Below the pieces are notes generated by a model that was not told where the DNA came from, ran no database searches, and saw only the letters and a program-made list of their open reading frames with translations. A stretch of 64,000 nucleotides of DNA from an uncultured Rhizobium sp. (GTDB lineage: Bacteria; Pseudomonadota; Alphaproteobacteria; Rickettsiales; UBA1997), in the NCBI GenBank assembly GCA_964461905.1, contig CAYWVI010000001.1:8783-72782 (forward strand), given 5' to 3'. A program made the position numbers and the translations under genes. Positions 30,966 through 40,564 of the stretch are shown in pieces. Each line of letters starts with the position of its first letter. Position 1 is the stretch's first letter.

Positions 30966-31071
30966 TTATAGAAAAAATAAATTTGAGAAATTTTGAATTT
31001 TTTGGTTGTGATATTTGGTGTAGTGTTAATTGTTAAATCATAATTCGTAATTTTTAATTTTATATTTTCTT

Positions 31072-32190
31072 GTGCGCAAAACTTTAGTAATTTTACTTCT
31101 ATTTTTATTGTCCGCCTGTCTGTTCTATAAAAAAATCACCATTCGCGGCCAAAGCGATTTTAAGCTTAAGCAAGTTGATTTTGAAGATCTTAATAATTGG
31201 CAAAATGATAATCATAAAAAAGCTCTTCAGGCTTTTATTCAATCCTGCAACAAATTTTCAAAACTAGCTCAAAATCGTCTAATAGGAAATAAAATTGGAA
31301 ATATCACCGCTGGCGATTTTCGTGATGTTTGCGAAATAGCTCAAATTGTTAAAACCATGAATAACCAACAAACCCGCAACTTTTTTGAAAATTGGTTTAA
31401 ACCATTTTTAGTTGAAAAAAATTACGCCAATAGCGAAGGATTATTTACTGGATATTATGAAGCCTCACTCAAAGGCAGCAAAGTTAAAACTGAAAAATTT
31501 AAATATCCAATTTATGCCAAACCAAAAGATTTAGGTTCAGAACCTTATCTAACTCGTGCTGAAATTGAAGATGGAGCTTTAGAAAATAAAAATTTAACAC
31601 TTCTTTATGTTGAAGATAAAGTTGAACTTTTCTTCATGCACATTCAAGGATCTGGAAAAATTGAATTGCCAAACGGCTCAGAAATTCGTTTATCTTATGC
31701 CGCACGAAATAATCACAAATTCAATGCAATTGCTAATTACATGTCCGAAAAAGGCTATCTATCAAAAGGCAATGTCAATGGCGCAAGTGCAAAAGAATGG
31801 TTAAAAAATAACCCCGATTTAGCAGATGAGGTAATGAATCAAAATCCTGCTTATGTTTTTTTCAGAGTTTCTGATGATGAATATGTTGTTGGAGCGCAAG
31901 GAGTTCCGCTAACTCCTGAAAGATCTCTTGCTGTTGATAGCGAAATTATGCCTTATGGATTTCCAATTTGGGTAGAAACAAGTTTAAAAAGCTCCTCCAA
32001 AATAAAAGAAAACTACAATCATCTTTTCGTTACTCAAGATACTGGCTCTGCAATTAAAGGAGCTATTCGAGGTGATATTTTCTTTGGAAACGGATCAGAA
32101 CAAGAAGATAAAGCTTACAACATGGCTTCTCGTGGAAAATATTACATTTTGTTACCAATTAATGTTGTAGATAAGCTTAAAGGCTTTTGA
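31072..32190 (+). CDS. mltA: membrane-bound lytic murein transglycosylase A
   Basis: GTG start, signal or lipoprotein-like N-terminus (LLLFLLSAC), an MltA-specific region, and a C-terminal 3D domain (QDTGSAIKGAIRGDIFFG). Confidence 0.85.
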   Translation: MRKTLVILLLFLLSACLFYKKITIRGQSDFKLKQVDFEDLNNWQNDNHKKALQAFIQSCNKFSKLAQNRLIGNKIGNITAGDFRDVCEIAQIVKTMNNQQTRNFFENWFKPFLVEKNYANSEGLFTGYYEASLKGSKVKTEKFKYPIYAKPKDLGSEPYLTRAEIEDGALENKNLTLLYVEDKVELFFMHIQGSGKIELPNGSEIRLSYAARNNHKFNAIANYMSEKGYLSKGNVNGASAKEWLKNNPDLADEVMNQNPAYVFFRVSDDEYVVGAQGVPLTPERSLAVDSEIMPYGFPIWVETSLKSSSKIKENYNHLFVTQDTGSAIKGAIRGDIFFGNGSEQEDKAYNMASRGKYYILLPINVVDKLKGF

Positions 32191-32260
32191 CTTTTAAAAT
32201 ATTTCTTTGCTAAAGTGCGCGCCCCCAATTTTTGACTTTTTAGATTTTCTACTTTGGGTT

Positions 32261-32325
32261 TTGGTCAAGTTTGACTTTTACAAAGCAAATTTAGCTTGTA
32301 AGTCAACTTGACCAATTTTCTTTTT
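32261..32325 (+). terminator. long bulged hairpin plus T-tract, likely intrinsic terminator of mltA
   Basis: Left arm 32261-32286 (TTGGTCAAGTTTGACTTTTACAAAGC) pairs with right arm 32294-32315 (GCTTGTAAGTCAACTTGACCAA): 22 bp with 4 bulged nt and a 7-nt loop. TTTTCTTTTT follows. Confidence 0.4.
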
Positions 32326-32346
32326 AACTACCTTTATCAAAGAGCT

Positions 32347-32374
32347 TTGAAAGATTTAGTTTCTTTGATATAAA
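32347..32374 (+). promoter_or_regulatory. possible sigma-70-type promoter for tRNA-Leu (and uppP/dnaE fragment)
   Basis: TTGAAA, 16-nt spacer, TATAAA, ending 25 nt before the tRNA 5' end. Chance occurrence is plausible in AT-rich DNA. Confidence 0.25.
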
Positions 32375-32398
32375 TCATTTAAGATTTTTATTTTAAAT

Positions 32399-32485
32399 GC
32401 CTCTGTGGCGGAATTGGTAGACGCGATAGACTCAAAATCTATTGTCCCTTGGGACGTGTCCGTTCGATTCGGATCGGAGGTACCA
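32399..32485 (+). tRNA. tRNA-Leu (anticodon CAA), class II with long variable arm, CCA encoded
   Basis: Hand-folded cloverleaf. Acceptor stem GCCTCTG/CGGAGGT; D arm GCG...CGC; anticodon stem ATAGA/TCTAT with loop CTCAAAA; variable stem GTCC/GGAC; T arm GTCCG-TTCGATT-CGGAT; discriminator A followed by CCA. Confidence 0.93.
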
Positions 32486-32502
32486 TCTTACTTAAAAAAC
32501 AA

Positions 32503-33300
32503 GTGCTTCACTTAGCAGATCTTTTCAAAGCGATTATTTTAGGAATTATCGAAGGATTAACGGAGTTTATTCCTGTTTCATCTACAGCCCATCTTCTTAT
32601 CTCTTCTTATTTAATTGATTTTCAAACCATCAAAAATGGAATTTTTGAAATTGTTATTCAAGTTGGCGCAATACTTGCAATCTGCGTAATTTATCGAGCA
32701 AAAATTTTTTCAGTTATTTGCAATCTTAAACAAAAACCTCAGCAAGAATTTACTATTAATCTAATTTTAGCATTTCTACCAGCTGCAATACTTGGTGTTA
32801 TTTTTCATAAAATCATAAAAGAAATTCTCTTCTCAAACTTTGTAATTGCGATCAGCTTAATTATTGGCGGAATTATTATTATGATTGTTGAATTGCGACC
32901 TCAAAAATCAAAAATCAAAACTGTTGAAGAAATAAAACCAATCAATGCTTTTAAAATTGGTTTATTTCAATCACTAGCAATGATTCCCGGTGTTTCTAGG
33001 TCTGGTGCAACAATTATTGGCGGATTGTTACTTGGCATGAATCGAAAAACCGCTACTGAATTTTCTTTTTTTTTGGCAATTCCAACAATTGCCGCTGCAA
33101 GTTTTTATGATCTGATTAAAAATTATTCTGAGCTAACAACATCAAATCTTGAACTTATTTTGGCTGGATTAATTTCAGCCTTCATATCAGCAATCTTGGT
33201 AATTAAGTGGTTTATTAATTTTGTTAGTAAGAACAATTTTTTTGTTTTTGCGATTTATCGTATCATTGTTGGGATCGCCATTTTGATTTTTATTTCTTAA
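32503..33300 (+). CDS. uppP: undecaprenyl-diphosphate phosphatase
   Basis: GIIEGLTEFIPVSSTAHL and PGVSRSGATIIGG motifs. I use GTG 32503 as the start because the tracked ORF start (32449) lies inside the tRNA. Confidence 0.85.
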   Translation: MLHLADLFKAIILGIIEGLTEFIPVSSTAHLLISSYLIDFQTIKNGIFEIVIQVGAILAICVIYRAKIFSVICNLKQKPQQEFTINLILAFLPAAILGVIFHKIIKEILFSNFVIAISLIIGGIIIMIVELRPQKSKIKTVEEIKPINAFKIGLFQSLAMIPGVSRSGATIIGGLLLGMNRKTATEFSFFLAIPTIAAASFYDLIKNYSELTTSNLELILAGLISAFISAILVIKWFINFVSKNNFFVFAIYRIIVGIAILIFIS

Positions 33301-33306
33301 ACAAAC

Positions 33307-34437
33307 ATGCAACAAGAAAAATTCGCCATCAGATTTGGACTTGGAGCTATTAAAGCCGTAGGTTTTAATATGATGGAAAATGCTGTTGAAGAACGAAAAA
33401 ACAATGGTGAATTTTCTGATATTTATGATTTTGCACAACGTTTAAACCCTCGCTCAATTAATAAAAAGTCAATCGAGGCTTTAGCCAAAGCGGGAGCTTT
33501 TGACTCTTTAGAAAAAAATCGTCGTCAAGTTTCAGAATCTTTTGATATTTTATCTGCCTACTCAACAGAAAAAAATGAAGAAGCAAATTCAAATCAAATG
33601 AGTCTTTTTGGCGGCTTGGCTGAAGCGCAAAAAAAACCCGAATTAAAAAAGATTTCTAATTGGAACAAATCAGAACGTTTGCAAAAAGAATTTGAAGCTT
33701 TTGGATTTTTTTTAAACGAACACCCAATTGATGATAATTTATCTGAATTAAGAAAACGCGGCGTAATTTTTTCTGATAAACTTGAGCGTGATGAATTAGA
33801 GGATGGTGATTTAGTAAAAATGGCAGGAGTTGTTGCTGGAAGCAAACATCGCTCAGGACCTCGTGGACGTTTTGCTTATTTAACAATTTCTGATCCTTTG
33901 GGAATTTTTGAAGCAATGATTTTTGATGAAGGATTAATCACTTCAGCACGAGATATTTTAATTGATGGCAGCGTTATTTTGTTGGAATGTTTAATAAAAA
34001 AAGATGATGGCGGAGTTAGAATTTTGGTGCGTGAAGTAAAAAGATTAGAAGATTTTATTCAAAATACCAAAGCTCAAGATAAGGATTTTGAAGACATAAA
34101 AAAACAACCGCAAAGAAATTATAATCGCAACAAAGATGCAAATTTTGCTAAAAAAGAATCCACTCCCAATAAACAAGTTGAAGTTGCGCCAATAAAAAAA
34201 GTTCTTTCAAAAGTAGAAATTTTTATCAAATCAAGAGAACCAATTTTTAGCATTAAAGCCTTTCTTTCTCAACGTTTATCAAGTAATGACTCTGCAATCA
34301 CTACCTCTGTTTTTTTTGCAATAATTGATGGTCAAAAAATTACTAAAGTTGAGTTGCCTCAAAAATATCTTCTTGATGAATTTGATGTTTCAAAGCTTGC
34401 TCAAATTAATAAAGTGATTGATGTAAAATCACTTTAA
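33307..34437 (+). CDS. dnaE: DNA polymerase III alpha subunit, C-terminal third only (HhH, clamp-binding motif, OB fold, C-terminal domain); stand-alone fragment or gene remnant
   Basis: IRFGLGAIKAVG (HhH region), QMSLFGG (internal beta-clamp-binding motif), EFEAFGFFLNEHPID, and OB-fold VKMAGVVAGSKHR...RFAYLTISD are collinear with roughly the last 345 residues of E. coli DnaE. A stop lies two codons upstream of the ATG, and no PHP, palm or fingers part is in the window. Confidence 0.8.
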   Translation: MQQEKFAIRFGLGAIKAVGFNMMENAVEERKNNGEFSDIYDFAQRLNPRSINKKSIEALAKAGAFDSLEKNRRQVSESFDILSAYSTEKNEEANSNQMSLFGGLAEAQKKPELKKISNWNKSERLQKEFEAFGFFLNEHPIDDNLSELRKRGVIFSDKLERDELEDGDLVKMAGVVAGSKHRSGPRGRFAYLTISDPLGIFEAMIFDEGLITSARDILIDGSVILLECLIKKDDGGVRILVREVKRLEDFIQNTKAQDKDFEDIKKQPQRNYNRNKDANFAKKESTPNKQVEVAPIKKVLSKVEIFIKSREPIFSIKAFLSQRLSSNDSAITTSVFFAIIDGQKITKVELPQKYLLDEFDVSKLAQINKVIDVKSL

Positions 34438-34493
34438 AGCACTGCACTCGAATCAGAATTTTTTAAAAAATTTTTTGATTTGCAAAAGTTCAT

Positions 34494-35060
34494 TTAAATA
34501 GCCACTCCAAACCAAAATGTAGTTTTTCCATAACTACGAAAATCAAGAAATTTTATCTTTTCTGCAAAAATATTTTCTAACTTTGCATCACACTTAGATT
34601 CAATCACAATCAAAGTTTTTTCTTTTACACATCCAGATTCTAAAAGGCTTTTTATTATCGCTAAATAATCTTGTGAATAAGGAGGATCTATAAATATAAA
34701 GTCAAAATTCTCTGAGATTTTTGGCAAGTTTTTAGCATCTAAATGAATAGTTTTTATGAAATTTTTTGTTCCTAAAAACTCAGAATTTTTTTCAACCAAC
34801 TTCAGATGATCGTAATTATTATCAATAAATGTTACTGATTTTGCACCACGAGATAAAGCTTCAAAACCAACTGCTCCAGTTCCACAACATAAATCCAAAA
34901 CCTTTGCACCAATTATTTCAAAACCAATTTCTTTAGTAAATTTTGCTGAAGATAAAATATTAAAAAGAGCTTCACGATTTTTGTCAGTTGTAGGACGTAA
35001 ACTAAGATGAGTTGATGATGCTAAGTTTTTACCGCGAAATTTACCAGCAACTATGCGCAT
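34494..35060 (-). CDS. rsmD: 16S rRNA (guanine966-N2)-methyltransferase
   Basis: 188 aa with N-terminus RIVAGKFRG, SAM motif LDLCCGTGAVGFEALSRGA, and the catalytic DPPY. Confidence 0.85.
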   Translation of the reverse strand: MRIVAGKFRGKNLASSTHLSLRPTTDKNREALFNILSSAKFTKEIGFEIIGAKVLDLCCGTGAVGFEALSRGAKSVTFIDNNYDHLKLVEKNSEFLGTKNFIKTIHLDAKNLPKISENFDFIFIDPPYSQDYLAIIKSLLESGCVKEKTLIVIESKCDAKLENIFAEKIKFLDFRSYGKTTFWFGVAI

Positions 35061-35893
35061 TGGAAACGCAATTTATCAGCATAATAAGAACCGAGAACTT
35101 TTACATCCTGAGCAAAAAACTCTAATTCTTTTAAAGCTTGCGCAACATTTTGTTGATTAGCATGACCCTCAATAATCACAAAAAACGCTGCTTGTTTGGA
35201 AGCTCCACCACGAATAAAACTTTCAATTTGCATCATACCAACAGAATTAGTAGCAAAGCTACCAATGGCTTTGTAAAGCGAACCTGGATAATTTTTAATC
35301 GTAAAAATAATAGAAGTAATTACTGGTGAAATTTCAGGATTTATTTCTGGTTTTTGCTTTGAAATAACAATAAATAAAGTTGAGTTATTTTGCAGATCTT
35401 GCATTTCTTCTTTAATAACTTCTAAACCATTAACTTCTGCTGCAACCTTTGAGCAAATAGCTGCTTTGCTTTTATCATTACTTGATGCCACAAATTCTGC
35501 CGCTTTTGCAGTGTTAGAAAATTCTGATATTTCAACTCCAAGATTGCGCAAATTATTTTTACACTGCATCAAAGCTTGTGGGTGAGAATAAACTTTTTTT
35601 ATATCCGAAATATTTGCACCTTTTATTGCTGCAAGACAATGTCTGATTTCAACAAAATGCTCCGCGATAATTGAAACTTCATATTTCTGCAATAATTCGT
35701 GAATTTCTGATACTCTTCCTGCTGAAGAATTTTCCAAAGGAATCATTCCCATTTCTACTTTATTCGAAACAACCGCTTCAAAAACATCTACAAAATCTGC
35801 AAAAGCCTGAGCTTCAAACTCAGGATAGAATTTTTCGCAAGCAAGATTTGAATTTGCTCCTTTTGAACCTTGAAACGCAATTATCTTTTTCAT
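35051..35893 (-). CDS. pheA: prephenate dehydratase
   Basis: PDT domain (IAFQGSKGANS...) followed by an ACT domain (PGSLYKAIGSFA...IESF). Start moved to ATG 35893, which removes the overlap with pgsA. Confidence 0.85.
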   Translation of the reverse strand: MKKIIAFQGSKGANSNLACEKFYPEFEAQAFADFVDVFEAVVSNKVEMGMIPLENSSAGRVSEIHELLQKYEVSIIAEHFVEIRHCLAAIKGANISDIKKVYSHPQALMQCKNNLRNLGVEISEFSNTAKAAEFVASSNDKSKAAICSKVAAEVNGLEVIKEEMQDLQNNSTLFIVISKQKPEINPEISPVITSIIFTIKNYPGSLYKAIGSFATNSVGMMQIESFIRGGASKQAAFFVIIEGHANQQNVAQALKELEFFAQDVKVLGSYYADKLRFQCA

Positions 35894-35897
35894 TAAA

Positions 35898-36518
35898 CTA
35901 CATATTTTTGAAACCAACGCGGAAATAAGCGTATCCAGTAATCACAGTAAGAAAGGCCGCTAAAATAAATAAAATTTTTGAAGCAAAAACTACAAAGCTG
36001 ACAATTAGAAATTTTAAATCCATTTCTTGCCAACTACTTAAAAAATAAAAGAAAGTGTAAGAGAAACCTTTTTCACCTAATAACATTCCAGTAATTGCAG
36101 TCATTTGCACGGCAGTTTTATATTTTGCTAATTTACTAACTGGAACGCTAACATGGAGTTCTGCTAAAAATTCACGCAAACCAGAAACTAAAACTTCACG
36201 ACAAATAATGATTAATCCCGGAATTAAAATCCAAAGATCGTGACTGTTAAAGTTGATTAACATTACAATCGCCACAATTACTAAAAGCTTATCAGCAATT
36301 GGATCTAAACACTTACCAAAATTAGACTGAACTTTGAAAGCACGAGCAAAATATCCATCAAAATAATCAGTAATTGCCGCAATGGCAAAAAGTGTTGCTG
36401 CAACAACATTTGCAACCATTCCGCTAATATAAAATGACATGATTAGAACAGGAATTACAAAGAGACGAAAAGATGTAAGAAAATTTGGTATTTGTTTCAT
36501 TGTTTGATGTATATTCAA
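35898..36518 (-). CDS. pgsA: CDP-diacylglycerol--glycerol-3-phosphate 3-phosphatidyltransferase
   Basis: CDP-alcohol phosphatidyltransferase motif DYFDGYFAR...G...DPIADK in a polytopic membrane protein. Confidence 0.85.
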   Translation of the reverse strand: MNIHQTMKQIPNFLTSFRLFVIPVLIMSFYISGMVANVVAATLFAIAAITDYFDGYFARAFKVQSNFGKCLDPIADKLLVIVAIVMLINFNSHDLWILIPGLIIICREVLVSGLREFLAELHVSVPVSKLAKYKTAVQMTAITGMLLGEKGFSYTFFYFLSSWQEMDLKFLIVSFVVFASKILFILAAFLTVITGYAYFRVGFKNM

Positions 36519-36577
36519 TATAAAACCTTTTTTGTTTTAAAACTACCTAGTGATGGCTTTGGTTAAATTGAATTTTT

Positions 36578-36814
36578 TTAAGTGTTATTTTCAGTTTTTT
36601 TTGAAATTGTTTCAATTTTCAGTTGTGCTTCTTCTAATCTTTTAGCGCAATGTTCTTTCAATAAAGAACCCTCTTCATGCAATTCAATCATTGATTCTAG
36701 GCTTATTTTTTGCGAAGATATTGTTTCAACAATCTCTTCTAAACGCGCTAGAGCTTCTTCAAATTTCATTTTTGATATTTTCTTCTCAAAATTTTTTACA
36801 GATTCTTTAGTCAT
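36578..36814 (-). CDS. xseB: exodeoxyribonuclease VII small subunit
   Basis: 78-aa helical protein with FEEALARLEEIVETI, typical of XseB. Confidence 0.85.
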   Translation of the reverse strand: MTKESVKNFEKKISKMKFEEALARLEEIVETISSQKISLESMIELHEEGSLLKEHCAKRLEEAQLKIETISKKTENNT

Positions 36815-36816
36815 AT

Positions 36817-38241
36817 TTACTTCATAAAATCAAAAAGTGGAACTTCTCCACCTTCTTTATCTGTTAAACGAATAGGATATTGATCAGAAAAACATGCATC
36901 ACAATATTGCGGATTTTGATTGTTTCGTTTTCCAGCAACAATAGCACGATAAAGACCATCAATTGAAATATATCCCAAGCTGTCAGCACCAATCATTTTT
37001 CTGATTTCTTCAATAGAAAGCTTTGATGCAACCAGATCTTCTTTTTCAGGAGTATCTACACCATAAAAACATGGAGAAATTGTTGGCGGACTAGCAATTA
37101 ATAAATGAACTTCTTTTGCTCCAGCATCACGAATCATTTGTACAATCTTTTTTGAAGTTGTTCCTCGAACAATACTGTCATCTATTAAAACAACTTTTTT
37201 ATCCTTAATAACAGATAGATTGGCATTATGTTTTAATTTAACCCCAAAATGCCTAATTTTATCAGTTGGTTCAATAAATGTTCTGCCAACATAGTGGTTA
37301 CGAATAATTCCAAGCTCAAAAGGAATTTTTGATTCAAGTGCATATCCAATTGCTGCAGGAACTCCAGAATCAGGAATTGGCACAATAACATCGGCATCAA
37401 CTTTGACTTCTCTAGCTAGTTCAATCCCAATATTTTTACGCATTTCGTAAACATTTTTTCCTTCAAGCAAACTATCTGGACGGGCAAAATACACATATTC
37501 AAAAATACAAAATTTTGAGTCAGCAACTGGAAATGGTTGCAATGATTTTATTCCTTCTTCGCTAATAATAACCATTTCTCCATGCTCAATATCACGCTCA
37601 AATTTTGCGCCTATAATATCTAAAGCGCATGTTTCAGAAGCAATAACATAGGCACCATCTCCTAATCTTCCTAAAACTAGAGGTCGAACTCCGTTTGGAT
37701 CACGTAAAGCAATTATTTTTCCTTCATGAATTATAACTAACGAAAAAGCTCCTTCAATTTGCGAAACTGCATCAATTATTTTTTCCTTTAAAGTTGGTTT
37801 TTGACTTAGAGCTATTAGATGAATAATAACTTCTGTATCCATAGTTGATTGAAAAATCGAACCACGTTTTATCAATTTATTACGTAGAGTAGTTGCGTTT
37901 GTTAGGTTACCATTGTGAGCCAAAGCCAAAAACCCACAACTTAACTCAGCATAAATTGGTTGATGATTATGAGCGGTTTTTTTACCAGCAGTTGAATATC
38001 TAACGTGACCAATTGCTAAATCTCCCTCTAGTTTTTTTACAATTTCTTGAGAAGTAAAATTATCCGCAACAAGACCATCTGCAAAATGAGCTGAAAAAAG
38101 AGATCCCGACATTGTAACAATACCAGCAGCTTCTTGACCTCTATGTTGTAAAGCATGAAGACCAAGAGCAGTATTTACTGCCGCATCTGAAGAACCATAA
38201 ATTGCAAAAATTCCACACTCTTCTTTTAACTCGTCAAACAT
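36817..38241 (-). CDS. purF: amidophosphoribosyltransferase
   Basis: Short propeptide followed by CGIFAIYG (Ntn catalytic Cys). Has a PRTase motif (VVLIDDSIVRGTT) and C-terminal Cys ligands. Confidence 0.93.
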   Translation of the reverse strand: MFDELKEECGIFAIYGSSDAAVNTALGLHALQHRGQEAAGIVTMSGSLFSAHFADGLVADNFTSQEIVKKLEGDLAIGHVRYSTAGKKTAHNHQPIYAELSCGFLALAHNGNLTNATTLRNKLIKRGSIFQSTMDTEVIIHLIALSQKPTLKEKIIDAVSQIEGAFSLVIIHEGKIIALRDPNGVRPLVLGRLGDGAYVIASETCALDIIGAKFERDIEHGEMVIISEEGIKSLQPFPVADSKFCIFEYVYFARPDSLLEGKNVYEMRKNIGIELAREVKVDADVIVPIPDSGVPAAIGYALESKIPFELGIIRNHYVGRTFIEPTDKIRHFGVKLKHNANLSVIKDKKVVLIDDSIVRGTTSKKIVQMIRDAGAKEVHLLIASPPTISPCFYGVDTPEKEDLVASKLSIEEIRKMIGADSLGYISIDGLYRAIVAGKRNNQNPQYCDACFSDQYPIRLTDKEGGEVPLFDFMK

Positions 38242-38257
38242 AAGTTATTATTTTTGT

Positions 38258-40396
38258 CTATTTAATTGAATCATAGTTTGCTCGTGACATTAGGTATTTA
38301 TACACGATCAAATTTTCCATAATACGTTGTACATAATTTCTAGTTTCTGAGTAGGTAATTAACTCAATCCAATCAACCACCATATTTAAATCTTCTTCTT
38401 TACGAGGATCATAAAACTCATTTATCCAACGCTGAGTTGCATTTGGACCAGCGTTATAAGAAGCAATCGCCAACATTTCTGAACCATCAAAACGATCAAT
38501 TAACTTTTTAATGTAATGAGATCCAAGTCTTACATTATATTGTACATCCGTTGCTAATTTATCTCTGTTATATGGAATTCCTAAATCTTTTGCCACAAGC
38601 TTTGCAGTATCAGGCATTAATTGCATAAAACCAACAGCACCAACATGACTTAATGCAGCTGGAGCAAATCCGCTTTCTTGCTTAACAATTGCATGAATTA
38701 AAGGAGCATATTCATCGTTAGAAATTTCTTTAACAATTTGAAATTTGTCTTTGATAAAAAATACATTCTTTTTAGAGGCAACTCTTGAAAGCTTCACATC
38801 TAGCTGCTTATCACCAATCTCATTTGAAAGTGCCATTACAACTGCAACCTCACCTTCACTTCCAGAATTATTAATTATCCATTCAAGAATTTTTCCAGCA
38901 TCCGATTTTTTATCCATTAAATTTAACAAATAAGCCACTTGAGCTGCTCTTGATGACGACATTTTAATCATGTCATTAACTGTAATATCTGGATCTTTTG
39001 GCAAAATTATATCTTCTTGAGCTCCAATTGGATCAACTACGCGATGTTTGTGAATTGCTAATTGTCCATAGAAAAAAATTGGATATTGTGCAGCAATTTT
39101 ATACCAACTTGCTGCCTTTTGTTTATTTTTCATAGCTTCAGAAGTCATTCCAAGCCAATAAGACGCACGAGATAAAGTAACAGGCTGCACAACATTACGA
39201 TAAAGATTTTCAAATCTTTCATAAGCTACTTTTGGTTCATCTAAAAACCTTAAAGCAATCCACCCTGTCATCCATTCAGCTTCCCAAAAATCGGATGAAG
39301 TTGCTGGCAAAGAATGCTTATTAATTATTTTATAAGCCATTTTATAATTTTTTTGCTTCAACATTTCACGGGCATAAAGCCGACGCAAACTCCACCATTT
39401 TTCTGGAAATTGTAACTTTTCTGGAAGATCAAGCATGATTTCTAAAAGATCTTCGATTTGATCTTTTGACTTATGCCATATAACTCTACGATAAGAAAGA
39501 CCTTCGTTAGATCTTAGTTTTCTTGGCACTGATAAAACTATTTTATCAATATATTTTGGTGATTCTTGAATTTCTATTATTGCTGAAAACAAAGACTGAT
39601 AATCTTGATTAACAAAACGCATGATGCGCTTTGCTTCAAGAATTTTTCCATCCCACAATAAACGATCGATACGATTAATATGATCAACCTGTGTTAGATA
39701 ATTTTGATATTTTTGCAAAAAGTCTTTCTCTTCATTTTCTGAAAAATTTTCTTTCAACCAAATGTTGGATATAATCGTTTGAACTTCTTTACGAACTTTA
39801 TCTTTATCAGCATCTGATTGTTTTGATTGTGACAAGAATTTGATTTTTGACTCAAGCAAGAAAAGCTTTGATTCCAAAGTTGCAGCTGGATTTAAACTAA
39901 AATATTTTTCACTGGAATTGTAAGGAATATTATTGGCAATCGCCACTTTCTCTACATTTCTACTTATCTGCGAAACATTTGGATAAAATGAATTGTCTAA
40001 TGAAAAACGCGAAATATCACTGAAGGAAATTGTTTTAGGATTTGATACATCGCTATATTTGCTCCACAATATAATATTAACTGTTGATTCAAAAAAATCT
40101 GGCTTGTTTTTTATTACCTGAGTTTTTTCTGGAGCTTCTGCGTTTTCATTGTCTTTTTTTAGCTTTTGAGCTAAAGCTAAAGCTTCGTTATATTTTTTAT
40201 TTTCAATTTCCGCGCTAATCTCTTTTATAGTAGCACGGTCTTCATCAGAAATATTTTTCCATAACTTCAAAGACATAGGACGAGAATCTTTTGCGCTAGA
40301 TTCAGCCGCAAAAAATAATACTGACATAACTCCAACAATAGCAAAGCACTTTGCTATTAAGTTATATTTATGAATTTTTGAAAGAGTAAGAATCAC
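38258..40396 (-). CDS. slt: soluble lytic murein transglycosylase (Slt70-like)
   Basis: GTG start and a signal peptide. A long superhelical N-terminal region precedes the SLT catalytic motif (VKQESGFAPAALSHVGAVGFMQLMP...AGPN). Confidence 0.85.
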   Translation of the reverse strand: MILTLSKIHKYNLIAKCFAIVGVMSVLFFAAESSAKDSRPMSLKLWKNISDEDRATIKEISAEIENKKYNEALALAQKLKKDNENAEAPEKTQVIKNKPDFFESTVNIILWSKYSDVSNPKTISFSDISRFSLDNSFYPNVSQISRNVEKVAIANNIPYNSSEKYFSLNPAATLESKLFLLESKIKFLSQSKQSDADKDKVRKEVQTIISNIWLKENFSENEEKDFLQKYQNYLTQVDHINRIDRLLWDGKILEAKRIMRFVNQDYQSLFSAIIEIQESPKYIDKIVLSVPRKLRSNEGLSYRRVIWHKSKDQIEDLLEIMLDLPEKLQFPEKWWSLRRLYAREMLKQKNYKMAYKIINKHSLPATSSDFWEAEWMTGWIALRFLDEPKVAYERFENLYRNVVQPVTLSRASYWLGMTSEAMKNKQKAASWYKIAAQYPIFFYGQLAIHKHRVVDPIGAQEDIILPKDPDITVNDMIKMSSSRAAQVAYLLNLMDKKSDAGKILEWIINNSGSEGEVAVVMALSNEIGDKQLDVKLSRVASKKNVFFIKDKFQIVKEISNDEYAPLIHAIVKQESGFAPAALSHVGAVGFMQLMPDTAKLVAKDLGIPYNRDKLATDVQYNVRLGSHYIKKLIDRFDGSEMLAIASYNAGPNATQRWINEFYDPRKEEDLNMVVDWIELITYSETRNYVQRIMENLIVYKYLMSRANYDSIK

Positions 40397-40564
40397 CGAA
40401 AAATTTTTTTAGAAGCGTTGAAGGTTTCTCCATTTTCTATTTTAACCTTTAAAAAAAACAAATCGAATTATTGATAATAATTTGCTTAATGAAATCAAAT
40501 TTCACTTTAATTTTTTAAACCGTTTTTTAAGTTCCCCATAAAATTAAACCAAATTTACTTACAA

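Noticed and set aside
32449-32502. 5' extension of the uppP ORF (tracked start TTG 32449)
   Set aside because: These codons lie inside the T-arm and acceptor stem of tRNA-Leu. GVRSIRIGG is simply the tRNA read as protein. GTG 32503 gives a canonical UppP N-terminus.
33307-33420. Split intein at the start of the dnaE fragment, as in cyanobacterial split dnaE
   Set aside because: The ORF begins directly with DnaE sequence (FAIRFGLGAIKAVG). No roughly 36-aa Int-C segment ending in HN followed by Cys/Ser/Thr is present.
32399-34437. Genomic island integrated at tRNA-Leu
   Set aside because: There is no integrase, phage or transposase gene, and I could not see a direct repeat of the tRNA 3' end downstream. 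The downstream genes are uppP and a dnaE fragment.
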